A stretch of 64,000 nucleotides of DNA from the NCBI GenBank assembly GCA_009859145.1, contig VRVR01000058.1, forward strand, positions 49,959 to 113,958, written 5' to 3'. The DNA is from Andalucia godoyi And28 (taxonomy: Eukaryota; Protista; Jakobida). The notes under the pieces were generated by a model, which saw nothing but the letters and a program-made list of their open reading frames with translations, had not been told where the DNA came from and did not search any database. A program made the position numbers and the translations under genes. Shown here piece by piece: positions 10,953 through 21,600 of the stretch. Numbering within the stretch: position 1 is the stretch's first letter; each line of letters begins with the position of its first letter.

Positions 10953-11614
10953 GAACGCTGACCCGCACGGCCCGCTGCTCGCGCGATCGACAAGGTCTCT
11001 GCGGTAATGCAGGTGAACTTTAAAATAAAAACAAATATGGTCAATTAAAAAAAATAGGCAAATCACGCGAGCTCTCTGACGGCTGTAAAAAAAAAGCTTT
11101 CCTTGCTGGCTGTAGTGCAAACCCCAACGGATGATTCACAGACTTGCGAGCATCCACACTCTTTCTCACAACCAATCACACAACCACACACGGTCCGTAC
11201 GACGCCGGCAAATCTGGAGTACGCAAAAGGCAATCGTCTGCACTCGGCCGCAGCACACACTCCACAACGCAAGAATAACGCACAGAGCAGAGGACTGTAA
11301 AACGGCCTCGTCCCAATCAAAAGCGCTGAAAGGGGATCCCCGGTGTTGCATCACGTGATGCTTGCACCCTCCGAAAAAGATCCGGCAGGCCTTGTGGATG
11401 TGCACCAGACCGCGCGCGTATCATTATTCGGGGTTTGGCTGTGCTTTTTTTGGTCGGTTTTTTGTGCGTGGGTGTGTGTGTGCATGTGTGTGCATGTGTG
11501 TGTGTGTGTGTGAAATTTGCGAATTTTTGAGAGGGAGGGTTTGGGACTAGGTTTAGAACGACGCATAGAAGAGGGACAGTGGGAATCCGTAGTCAGATAT
11601 CCGCGCGGAGGAGG

Positions 11615-13048
11615 ATGGCAGGTTTGGATGGGTGGGCAGTGCATCATGCGCATCAACCGTCCCCAAATGAGACAATTGCGGCTCTTCAGAAATCCCGATT
11701 GGCACTGCAAGCGGCGCACCGTGCCGAGAAGCAGTCGCTGATTGACGAGATTTCTAGCATCACGCGATTCTTCGTTGCAGCGACCAGTGCGAGCGGTGTG
11801 CAGTCCATTGACTGTACCCAGCTCGCGCTCTCAGGAATCGCCTCCAAACACCCGCCGATCTCCAAGTTGGCGTCGGCAATTTCCCAATTTATCACGACCC
11901 TTCAAACAATCCCCGCCGCTGTCCCTGTCAGCGTTCCCGCCACTGACACTGTTCCCGCCACTGACAACGTTCCGAATGGCATCGGCAAAAAGTCGGCCGT
12001 GGAAACTCTACGCGACATGACGCTCATTTCGCTTGACCAAGCCACCTGGAATCTCTCATCGTCAGCCCAGCCTGGTGCACCAAATGCACCAAGTGCTCCG
12101 AGTGCTCAGGGCGACGTGTGCGCGGCTCTGGAGGCGGAAAACACTCGGCTCAAGACGCAGGTTGCTGCTGCAAGGCTTGCGTTTTCACAATCGTGCAGCT
12201 CGTGCCAGTCTATGCTGCGCTCTGCAATCGCGAGGCCCCTCGACTCGCACCCGTCACCATCACCGTCACCATTGCCATTGCCATCACTGCCACTGGCACT
12301 GACAGTCGAGAAGAGCAGAGGAAGCAGTGTCGGAGTGCAGTGCCAGCCAACAACAGTGGTTCACGCGGGCGCAGGCGATGCGTGGGCGACTGTGTACTCG
12401 TGCGGCGTGCAGGTTCCTCCACCATCGTCCTCCTCGTCCGTGCCCCAGAGTAGACCCCAGAACGTACCCGAGAGTGTGGAGGTCGGTGTTGGTGCAGAGA
12501 CAGAGACATTGTGGTTCGACAAGAGCACGCAAGTGTCGTTGGTGTCGAAGCCGCTGATGGTTTCGGCAGAGACGCAGACGCAGACACAGACACAGACACA
12601 GACAAGGACACAGACAGAGACGTTGACGACGGCGGATCAGGAAGCGGTTCCGGGTGGCGCTGGGACGGCGGACAAGAAGGCAGAAGACGATGCGCTTGCG
12701 GACATGGCGAGTGCACAGGCTGCACAGCTCGCGAAGCTGAAGGCCGACTATATTGAAAAGAAGAAGCGGCAACGAAGCAGGACTGTCGTTGGACACAAGT
12801 CGCAGCCTGTGGCATTGATGCGTCCGGCCCAGCCTGCTCGTCCCAAAGAACAGTCGGATGAGGAGGAAGAGGCTGGCGATGGGGAGAGCGATGAACAGCC
12901 CGAGATGGTGCAGTCAACAAGCCCGAAGTCGCCGGGACGAGACTTGCTCACAGAAGAAGAAGGTGAGTTCCTCGTCCTTGTGGACGAATTCGCGCAGATC
13001 CAAAGGGACTTTTTCACCTTTTTTGTCCCTCGCCTCGGCGGCACCTGA
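11615..13048 (+). CDS. Hypothetical coiled-coil / disordered protein with multiple TQT-like motifs
   Basis: Long ORF with coiled-coil-like stretches (LQKSRLALQAAHRAEKQSLIDEI; LEAENTRLKTQV; AQLAKLKADY) and SVGVQC, SCGVQV, DKSTQV, AETQTQTQ motifs. First ATG at 11615. Confidence 0.7.
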   Translation: MAGLDGWAVHHAHQPSPNETIAALQKSRLALQAAHRAEKQSLIDEISSITRFFVAATSASGVQSIDCTQLALSGIASKHPPISKLASAISQFITTLQTIPAAVPVSVPATDTVPATDNVPNGIGKKSAVETLRDMTLISLDQATWNLSSSAQPGAPNAPSAPSAQGDVCAALEAENTRLKTQVAAARLAFSQSCSSCQSMLRSAIARPLDSHPSPSPSPLPLPSLPLALTVEKSRGSSVGVQCQPTTVVHAGAGDAWATVYSCGVQVPPPSSSSSVPQSRPQNVPESVEVGVGAETETLWFDKSTQVSLVSKPLMVSAETQTQTQTQTQTRTQTETLTTADQEAVPGGAGTADKKAEDDALADMASAQAAQLAKLKADYIEKKKRQRSRTVVGHKSQPVALMRPAQPARPKEQSDEEEEAGDGESDEQPEMVQSTSPKSPGRDLLTEEEGEFLVLVDEFAQIQRDFFTFFVPRLGGT

Positions 13049-13186
13049 TCCCGACTCTGATTCGGCCGTGTGTGTGTATGCGTGTGTATAGAAGCTCGGT
13101 GACTCATTCGCTCCTTATAATAATATAGTTCTTCATTTTTGTTCTGGTTGTTGGGTCTCAGGATTGGACAGTTTAACCCTTGTTTT

Positions 13187-13619
13187 TTACCCTTCGCCGG
13201 CATTCCGCATGGAGGATCTCCATCGCTGCTCGCGCTCCCTGGCCTTGGGACACTGCGCAACTGTGTGGCCCCAGCCGCCGCAAACGATGCACTCGACATC
13301 CTTTGCTTCCGAGTCTTCGGTGGCCTGGCTGCCGGCCCGGTCGCTGCGAAGGACAGATCTGACAAATGGCGGAACAAATTGACCTGCACGATCGAGAATT
13401 TGCACGAGATCTGCCATCAATGCCCGCTTTTCATGCATCTCTGCATTTTCCACGAGCGAAGTGACGAGGCCCCATGCATTGCCACGAGCAGTTCGTCCTG
13501 CGCGGTGCACGTACGTCTCCGTGTCCCGAGGAAGATCAAAATTGATCACGTGCGCAACATTCGGCAAATCGAGCCCCTTTGCTGCAACATCATTCGCCAC
13601 AAGGACGTCCGCACCCACT

Positions 13620-13673
<54 letters not shown>

Positions 13674-15451
13674 TTTGACTTGTCCTTTGACTTGTCCCGG
13701 TCCCGGTGCACGAATGCCTGGATGGCGGTGAACCGAGCCGACTGTTCCATGTCGCCGTGAATTCCCACGGCATTGACACCTTTGAGAACGAGGAACGCAT
13801 GCACGGCATCGACGAGCGGCTTCGATGAGCAAAACACGACGACCGGCGGCGCTGTCTTTTGCAGAGATTCGAGCAGTTTGGCAAGCCGCTTCAGAGAAAC
13901 GTCAATTCCAAACGCCTTTACATTTTCTTCCTTGCTCGCGTTGGAGTTGGCGTTGACATTGGCGTTGGCATTGGCATTTGGGTTCGCAGCTGCAACTTTG
14001 GTAGTCGCGAACGCATCGTACAACTCGGGAACAAGCTCAAACTCGTGCAAAATATGCGACGACACAAACCCGGATTTCTGCACGGTGATCGACACCAGCG
14101 ATTTCCAGTTTTCCGGATTGTCCAATGGCCCCTCAGCCTCGCCAATTTCCATTCCCACTGCCATTCCCACTGCCATTCCCACACCCTCGCTTGCGCGTGC
14201 TTCCTTGGTGCCGTCGTTGGAGCCATCGAGCTTGGAAATGACAGATGCAACAAGGTCGTGCGCGGCAGTCCGACACATGCGTGGCATCGTCGCCGAAAAT
14301 AAAAGCATCTGAATCCCTCTTCCAAACATGCTACTGTTCCCTTTCGCGGCGGTCTCTCTTCTGCGCTTGATCTTTTCAGCGGTGATGGCTGCCATGATGT
14401 TTGATGTATCTTCTGCAAACTGCGAGTCAAGCATCCGATCTGCCTCGTCCATGCACACAATCTGCAGATTCGACACGTTGATGAGTGACTCTGATATCAT
14501 CGCGAGCAGCTTTCCCGGCGTCGCAATCACCACATCCAGACACGGCGAAGAACTCAGCACAGAAGTCGCGGCAGACGCGACAGAATGATAATGACGAGGA
14601 GCAGGAGCACCAGAAGAAGGAGTCGAGTGGTAGTTTGAATTGATGTTCTGTGAGCCTCCCATTCTCAATCCAATGTCGATCTTGCGTGGGAGAAACTGCG
14701 CAATGGCCTCTGCAACGTGAAAGATCTGTCTGGAGAGCTCTCTGGATGGCGAAAGAATGAGCGCCAGCGGGCCTGTCCTGCTCTTTGGTCTTCGCGACCG
14801 CGGGCTGCGGCCAGAGTCTTCAAAGTGAACAAGGGCCAGAACACGCAGAAGTGCGGGCAACAAAAAGGCGAGGGTTTTTCCGGAGCCTGTGTATGCGACT
14901 CCAAGCACCGAATAGCCCGCGAGGATCGTCGGGATCGACAGCGCCTGGATCGACGACGGCTGCGTCAGCTTGAGACACGTCTCTTCAAGACCCGCGCTCG
15001 CATTTGGTTGGAACAGCGTCGACGGGTGCGGGGAGCCCGTCAGAAACGACAGCGCGCCCACCGGAAGACCCATCCACTCGAACCGCAAAATCGGAGGCAG
15101 CATGACCGTACCTGCCGTAGTTGCCGTCGCGGACACCTCCAGATGAAGCCGAGCGAGAAGACTTCCGAAGTGGGGCTGCAGGGCTGTGTACAGCTGCGCA
15201 GGGTACGACCATCCCGTTCCGAAGTTCAAATGCGGAGTCTCCGACAGCGCAGCGGTGCTTTCTACAGTCGCTGAACTGGGCGGGGTGTTCTTCTTCTTGG
15301 CCGGTGGCGGCGACTCAAGCTCATCCGCATAAGCATCAGCATGAGTCGCTGTTGGACGCACTGTCTTGTGCGACTGTAGTCGACTTCGGTATTTTTCCAG
15401 CGCCGCAGCCGCAGCGTCCGATAGTCGCTCCTTCGGCCCCTCGAAACTCAT
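13187..15451 (-). CDS. DDX41: DEAD-box RNA helicase, DDX41/Abstrakt-like, with C-terminal zinc knuckle
   Basis: Q motif PSSIQ, AYTGSGKT, PSRELSRQI, TPGKL, DEAD, SAT, LLESLQKTAPPV...VDAVHAFLVLKGVNAVGIHG (DDX41-typical), AKGLD, YVHRAGRTAR, CIVCGGWGHTVAQC. First ATG at 15451; the frame is open to 15577, so the start is uncertain. Confidence 0.85.
13621..13700. repeat. Coding hexamer microsatellite (TGTCCC)n encoding Arg-Asp repeats inside the DDX41 RecA2 domain
   Basis: 8 perfect units plus degenerate TGTCCT/TTGACT units. Confidence 0.9.
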
Positions 15452-16142
15452 ACTGCAGTCGCCGTCGCTGTTGTCGTCGCTATTGTCGTCGCTGTTGTCG
15501 TCGCTATTGTCGTCGCTGTTGTCGTCGCTGTTGCTATTGTCGTCAGAACGCAGCCGAGGATAAACAGTAGTGTGCAAGAAACAAACCCAAACAAAAACAC
15601 GACTTTCCCAAACTTCGGACTCGGGCTTGAGTCTGCGTCCTCATGGGCTTCGCTGACTTGATGCTAGCTCCAATCCCGAACTTTCCCGACTCGGCCTTGA
15701 GGACGGCACAGCACGCAATTCCGCATGATTCTTCCGCCTTTCGGGAGAGCGGAGCGGCGGAAGGAAGGAGCAGAGGCAGCCAACGACAGGTGAGCAATGA
15801 CGACGTGCCGTGCAGAAGAGGCATCGATGCTGCCGCAGTGGTTCTACTCGCTTGCTGCCGTCGCCGGATCCGCGCTCCTGGTCTTTATTATCATGTCGCT
15901 GCTTCGAACCCCGACACCGACACTGACACTCACCCGCCCAAACAAGGTGTCCAAAAAACAATCATAGGGCTTGGGAATGGGGATACTGGGATGGAGCGGC
16001 ACAGAAGGAAATGCACCACAACGCTCGTAGTGGGAAACTCTGCAGTCTCAAGAGTCAAACGGCGAGGATTTTTATGCAACCGCGTACTGAGTGTACAACA
16101 GGTGTCTGTTTGCCGGATCTTTCATTCTGCACCAAAAGCACG

Positions 16143-16252
16143 CGCCTACATTCTACACTGAACATGCTGCATATCTACGAATACACATGCATATTCAATC
16201 TTGCATCCCGTTGCCGCGAAGGGGATAGGCCCCCAACATGCCTCGCGGCGTT
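16143..16252 (-). ncRNA. Putative Fanzor omega-RNA scaffold overlapping the 3' end of the remnant ORF
   Basis: Minus-strand stem GCCGCGA/TCGCGGC (16249-16243 with 16219-16213) enclosing GGGG-GCCTAT-CCCC; TTCG tetraloop hairpin at 16191-16168; loop GCCTAT complementary to GTAGGC at 16149-16144 (pseudoknot). Position matches TnpB/Fanzor omega-RNAs. Expression is not shown. Confidence 0.55.
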
Positions 16253-16633
16253 CTTCAGATAAATGCTCCGCGCTCCGTTCCCAATCTCGATCAATCTGTG
16301 AGCCACTTTCTCAGCGTGACACGTTGCTCCTGAGAAGGGTGCATTTTGATTCTGACGGCCCTGTATCGAGCGGCGTAGACGTAGGCGAATGCGTCGTCCC
16401 AGCGCACTCACGCCCATATTTGAATTAAAACGCGAAGCCAACGAATGATAGAATAGATGGCTACGGATGCTGCGTTAAAGAGTGTCGAAAATGCAGAGCC
16501 TGTGTCACCGGCTGAATTCTGGCCGAGCGTGCGTAAGCACGAATTCCCTGTAAAACAAATGTCGGCCAGTATCGACCGTGTCTGTTTATGTATACTTCCG
16601 CATGCATGACAATGACGTGTCATTATTCAGCGG
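16143..16633 (-). mobile_element. Non-autonomous, internally deleted Fanzor2 (TnpB/IS607-like) element, copy 1
   Basis: About 93% identical (by eye) to 61697-62213 over shared blocks. Retains HTH codons (RIKMHPSQEQRVTLRKW) and, after a 1-nt frameshift, QIDRDW/NGARSIYLKN (TnpB/Fanzor RuvC-III signature DRDxNxAxNI). Homology with copy 2 stops sharply at 16633. The right end is inferred (16143, or as far as 16081). Confidence 0.8.
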
Positions 16634-16825
16634 TCGATTGCATTTTTTACAATGAAAGAAAAGCAGCTTGACTTTTATAATTATTATTTTTTAATACATT
16701 ATTATTATTATTATTATTTTGATATATGAGAAATTGTTGGGCTGGTTGGATTTTTATTTGATTCCTCGGAACATTGAGCGATTTCGTAGCAGGACCGGGC
16801 ATCAAGACTAGCTTGTGTGGGAGGC

Positions 16826-18358
16826 ATGAAGGCGAGTGAGGAGGAGAGAGGAAGAGACGCGGTGGTTCGGGTCGCGGTCATTGGAAGTGGGATTGCGGGT
16901 CTTGGGTGTGCGTGGCTGCTGGCGGATGAAGATGCGAGCTTAGAATCACGTGATGCAGGGAAGCAAGAGCGGAAGAAGCACGAGGTGACGATTTTTGAGG
17001 CGGCGGCAACGCTTGGGATGGATCAGCACTCGTTGACGGTGATGACGCCCGAGAGCGATGTCGGGGCTCGGATTGATGTGCCGCTGCGGGTGTTTTCCGA
17101 GTCGTACTATCCGAATTTGGCGAATCTGTACACGCATACGGGAATTTCGTTCCAAGCGGAGAATTACGCATCCACGTTTGTGCATCCCGGTCGGACACCG
17201 CGGCCGTTCTTCCGTTATCGCAACCTGCTTTTGGTTGGTCGGCGCTATTCGGTGCCGTTTGTGCTGCTTCCGCTCTGGATTTGGCTTTCGTTCCCGGCGC
17301 TTCTGCACTTTTTACGACTGGTGCTCGACTATCTGCTTCTGTCGTTTGCGCTGCGGTTCCGGGCCTCGGCGGCGGCACTTCACAGGAAAACGATCCGCGA
17401 GTGGATGGACGGCGTCGGGCTCTCGCGCACGTTCCAGGACGAGGTGCTTGTGCCCGCCGTGTCCATCATGTGCACATGCAGCCGCGCAAGTGCCGAGCTG
17501 TATCCCGCTGAACTCATGGTGGACTATCTGCGGCGGCGCTCCATGGGCGGGGTGCGCCGCGTCGTCCTGGGCACCCGCGAGGTCGTAAAGCGGCTTTCGC
17601 GCAGCTGCCATGTCTCGACCAACATGCGGGTCACGCGCGTCGTCCGTCGCTCCTCGAGCTCCAAGTGGGCGGTCTTCTCGGACGCCGTAGGTTCAGAGGT
17701 GCAGGAGTTTGACCACGTGGTGTTTGCGACGCAGGCGTACGTGCCGCTGGCGGTGGTGGAGGGTCTTTCGGCCGAGGCACAGGCGGCTCTCCGGGGGTTT
17801 TCGTATGAGCGATCGACAGTCGTGGTGCACTCGGACCCGAAGTTGATGCCTGCGGACCGTGGAGACTGGTCGCCCGTGAATGTTTTTCTCGAGTCTGCGC
17901 CAACGGACTCGGCCCCAATGGCCACGATCTGGCTGAACAAGGCTGCTCCGTCCTGTTGCCGCGGAACTTCGATGGACATTTTCCAGACTTGGAATCCACA
18001 CCGCGAGCCCGAGCCAGGCCGTCTCCACAGTTCCGCGTTTGTCGACAGACCCGTGCACTCTGTGGCGTCTCTCGACGCAATCACCAGCCTCCAGTCCCCT
18101 CTTGTTCAGGGCGCCAATGGACTGTGGTTCGCGGGCTCCCACACCCTCCGCGGCGTTCCGCTCCTCGAGTCCGCCGTCCTCTCCGGTCTGCTTGTCGCCG
18201 AGTCCATTTCCCACCAGACCAGACGCCGGCCGTGGGCAACAACACACACACGGGAAGCATCGTCCGCCCGCCATTCCGCGTGCCGTCTTCCATGGTGGGC
18301 GGTCCTTCTCGCCGCCTGGGTCCTTGCGTCCTTTGCCTTTTCCGACCACCAGCTCTGA
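16826..18358 (+). CDS. FAD-dependent oxidoreductase (amine oxidase / COG2907-like NAD/FAD-binding protein) with C-terminal membrane anchor
   Basis: VAVIGSGIAGLGCAWLL, VTIFEA, IDVPLRVFSESYYPNL, FDHVVFATQA, LWFAGS...LLESAVLSGL, hydrophobic tail PWWAVLLAAWVLASFAF. Confidence 0.85.
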   Translation: MKASEEERGRDAVVRVAVIGSGIAGLGCAWLLADEDASLESRDAGKQERKKHEVTIFEAAATLGMDQHSLTVMTPESDVGARIDVPLRVFSESYYPNLANLYTHTGISFQAENYASTFVHPGRTPRPFFRYRNLLLVGRRYSVPFVLLPLWIWLSFPALLHFLRLVLDYLLLSFALRFRASAAALHRKTIREWMDGVGLSRTFQDEVLVPAVSIMCTCSRASAELYPAELMVDYLRRRSMGGVRRVVLGTREVVKRLSRSCHVSTNMRVTRVVRRSSSSKWAVFSDAVGSEVQEFDHVVFATQAYVPLAVVEGLSAEAQAALRGFSYERSTVVVHSDPKLMPADRGDWSPVNVFLESAPTDSAPMATIWLNKAAPSCCRGTSMDIFQTWNPHREPEPGRLHSSAFVDRPVHSVASLDAITSLQSPLVQGANGLWFAGSHTLRGVPLLESAVLSGLLVAESISHQTRRRPWATTHTREASSARHSACRLPWWAVLLAAWVLASFAFSDHQL

Positions 18359-18689
18359 GTTCTGAGTTCTAACCCTCGTGCCAAGCCGAGCGGAGCCACA
18401 AATGGTAATAAAGTCCAACTCCCTATAACCCATGCCCCTACATCGCATGTCCTGAGTTACGAGTTGCGAGTTGTGAACTGAGCAGCGAGCTGATGTAGGG
18501 CCCCCGAAGCTTTCGGTGGCTGGGCGTGTGTGAGCAGATGCATGCGGTCTGCTGTCTACAGGCTGCATTGTGCATCGCACTGCGGTTGCGTCATATTCAG
18601 CACGTTTGTTCTCGCTTGTCACATCTTTTGCAGAGGAGGGCAAAAGACGGTGATAAGTGGGTTTTTGGGGGAGAGTTTGCAGGCTGACT

Positions 18690-21600
18690 ATGGAGCTGCT
18701 GTTTTCGGGAGTGAGCAAGCTAGTTGATCTTTCGATTGAAGGTGCGATACGGTACATTAAAGAATGGCGGGAGGAGCGCAAGTACTGGCGTTCTGGAGTG
18801 CTGCAGGACGTGGACGGGATCCTGTCCCTGTGTGATTCTTTGGACATAATCTGCAATCGCGCGATTGTGCTTGCGGCAATGATTCCGTCGGACATGGTGG
18901 GCTCAAATGGCGTCGCACAGGACTTCATTGAGACGATTTCTGCGGTGAACACATGGGTCGGCGAGGTGATCGAGTACGTCCGATCGACGGTGGTTCCGGG
19001 ACTCGAAGATTCGCAGCGTCCCGGGAAGTATGCGTCGGCAGAAGTGAAGAAGTTCCGGCTGAGCGTGGTGCAGTTTATCAAGGAGGCCAAGGAGAAAGTC
19101 GGCGATCTGGACTCGCTGATGGACAAACAAGGCAAGCTGTTGAGCACTTCGATGGAGATCTCAATGGCCGCATCGCTGCATGGCATTGAAGCGGCGCTGG
19201 TTCGCAATGCTGCGGCGACCTCGGAGCAAATGGCTGTCTTCATGCATGATCTTTCCGAGATCTGCAAGGCTCGGTTCTGCGAACCCTTCGACACGAATTC
19301 GAGTTCCTTTTCCAGTCCCAGTGCGAATGCGAGTGCGTATGGATATTACTGCGCACAGCAAGCGCAGCTCAAGGAAGAAGCGAGGCTGGAAAGGCTGTAC
19401 GAGGTATTTTTGGACAGCAGGTGTGCAATGGCCCTGCCGCAGTGTTTGCGTGTCAGAACCGAGGACTTTGCTCAATCAGCACAAAAGAAAGGCGTCGGTA
19501 AGGACCCGTATTTCCTTCATGAACTCATCGTCAACGTTCCGATTTCACGTTACGCACAAGGAGAGGACGATGGTGGTGCAGATGGCTGTGGCGCCCAAGT
19601 TGGGTGCTTTGACTATTTTCTGCGGCTGATGGCTGCTCCGGACGCTTTTCGTGTGATGCTGTTCGGTGGTCCGGGTTTCGGGAAATCATCGACTGTTCGC
19701 ATTCTGTCTGCGATCTGCTTCATTACAGGATCGCATCGTTGCGGCCCGACAGGGATGAATGCAGGTGCATTCGCACGCTTGAATCCAGCGATGGATCCAC
19801 AGGAAGTGCTGCAATCGATTCTGCGTCGCATCGGAAAATCAGCACTGGAAGCCACACCGGATCACGACGGTCTTGTTGCCCGCAGAACGGTGATTTCGCT
19901 GGCATGCAAGCAAGTAGACGCCGCACTGCGGTCAGCCGGTACTGTGGACGTGCCGCGCTATGACATTGTGCGAAATCTGGTTGCGAACAGGATGGTCGAT
20001 GAAGGAAGGGCGTCGGAGCTGCCTTCCGACCGAGCTGGCCTCCGGTCGTTTCTGGACCGGTACTTTTGTAACCACCCCTCGTTGCTGATCCTCGATGGAT
20101 TCGACGAAATTCCAAGTGACCGCCGTGACGAATGCAAGGACGCCATCCAGGTCTTCTTGCAAAACTTCCCATGCATGTCGTGCATTGTAACTTGTCGACC
20201 AGTCGTTCTGAGAGATGACGATGCTGTGCAGAGTTTTGTCCGTGATCTCCGGTTTACGCCTGTGGAGCTTCACGAATTGCACGATGCATCTCTGCTGCGG
20301 CAGTATGCGACTGCGTTGCTGTGCAAAGTCTACAATGTAGGAGAGAAGGACTCTGCGACGCCGTCAGACGCAATCTCTGCATTTCTCGGCGATATTGAAG
20401 ATACAATTCAAGAATCGAGCTTGTCCCGCGGGTTTTTCCATGTCGCCATGGTCACAAATCTCGTGGTGAGCGGACAACGCAGATGCCGGTCCAAACCCGA
20501 AATATTTTACCAGTATGTGCAGAGCATTGTCGATCGTGAGGCGTTGAAGATAAAAGACGCGGTAACGATGCCAGGGGGCACTGGAAGCGATGAAGGCCGT
20601 TCGTCCGCGTCGATGTCCTCTTTTGTTCCGAATTCCGAGTCGCTTACGAAGATCATTCGTGTATTTCACGACTGCTGCGGTGCGTTGCTTACGCTTCTGC
20701 GGCTGCTGACAGGAGACACGGTCAAGTTCTTTTTCAAGGAAGAAGGCTTGGGGTTCAACGTCACGGAGAGGATGATGCATCATGCAGTGCGCTCGATTCT
20801 CGGAGACCGCTGTTGCGATGTGAACGTGCAAGCAATCGTGGACATCTGCGAGCAGCAGTTTCGCCTGCTTGTTCCACGTGATTCGGAGACCATCCAATTC
20901 TGCATTGACGCCTTTCGAGACTACTTTGCAGCTGATTTCCTGATGCATTTTGCACATTCTGCGTCGGACACAAATTGCTTTTCCGCTTCCAACTTACAGG
21001 ATCCATCGGGAATCCGTGCGGTCTTTCGAGAAATCGCGAGATCGAGTCTCACGCATGATCTGTTTTTGTTTCTTTTTGGCGGCGCGGTCTTCCAGATGGT
21101 GTGCAGAAATCCGACGACCATGGTGCAAATCCTGGACGAAAACAACGATGCGCAAGCACTGTCCTTTTCAGGCTGTTTTGCTACCTATCGACTGCTGCAA
21201 GCTCTCCATGCGTCGTTACCGACCAAGATTTGCGAACCGCTGCAGATGGTTCTTGTTGCGGCACTCGCAGAGGACAGGTGTACAAGTTCGGTTGTTTTGT
21301 GCTTCCCATTTGCACTCCATGGCTTTGCGATCACTGCAGTTCCTGCCTCGTTTCCTGCCCCGTTGCCGCCGCAGCTGGAATCGGAGAAGTTCAGCAGCGA
21401 GTCTGTTGGCCATGTTCTGAGTCGCATTTTGCGCCAGTCAATGCTTGTGCGAGGCGACGATGGTTCGCTGAGGAATTCGTGGATTGCGCATCCCAAGACT
21501 CAGGAGCTGTTCGAAGAGGTTGTGAATGCCAGCGGCAGGCTGTCGAGCAGCCAAGTCAGGCAGCTGCTTGGAGCCAGTGTGGATGTTGCAAAGAAGAGCC

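Noticed and set aside
15643-16161. 172-aa plus-strand ORF next to Fanzor copy 1
   Set aside because: No motifs; occupies the DDX41 upstream region and overlaps the element's right flank; probably spurious.
17693-19294. 533-aa minus-strand ORF, and other long antisense ORFs (2293-3072, 22282-23367)
   Set aside because: Shadow frames of well-supported GC-rich genes on the opposite strand.
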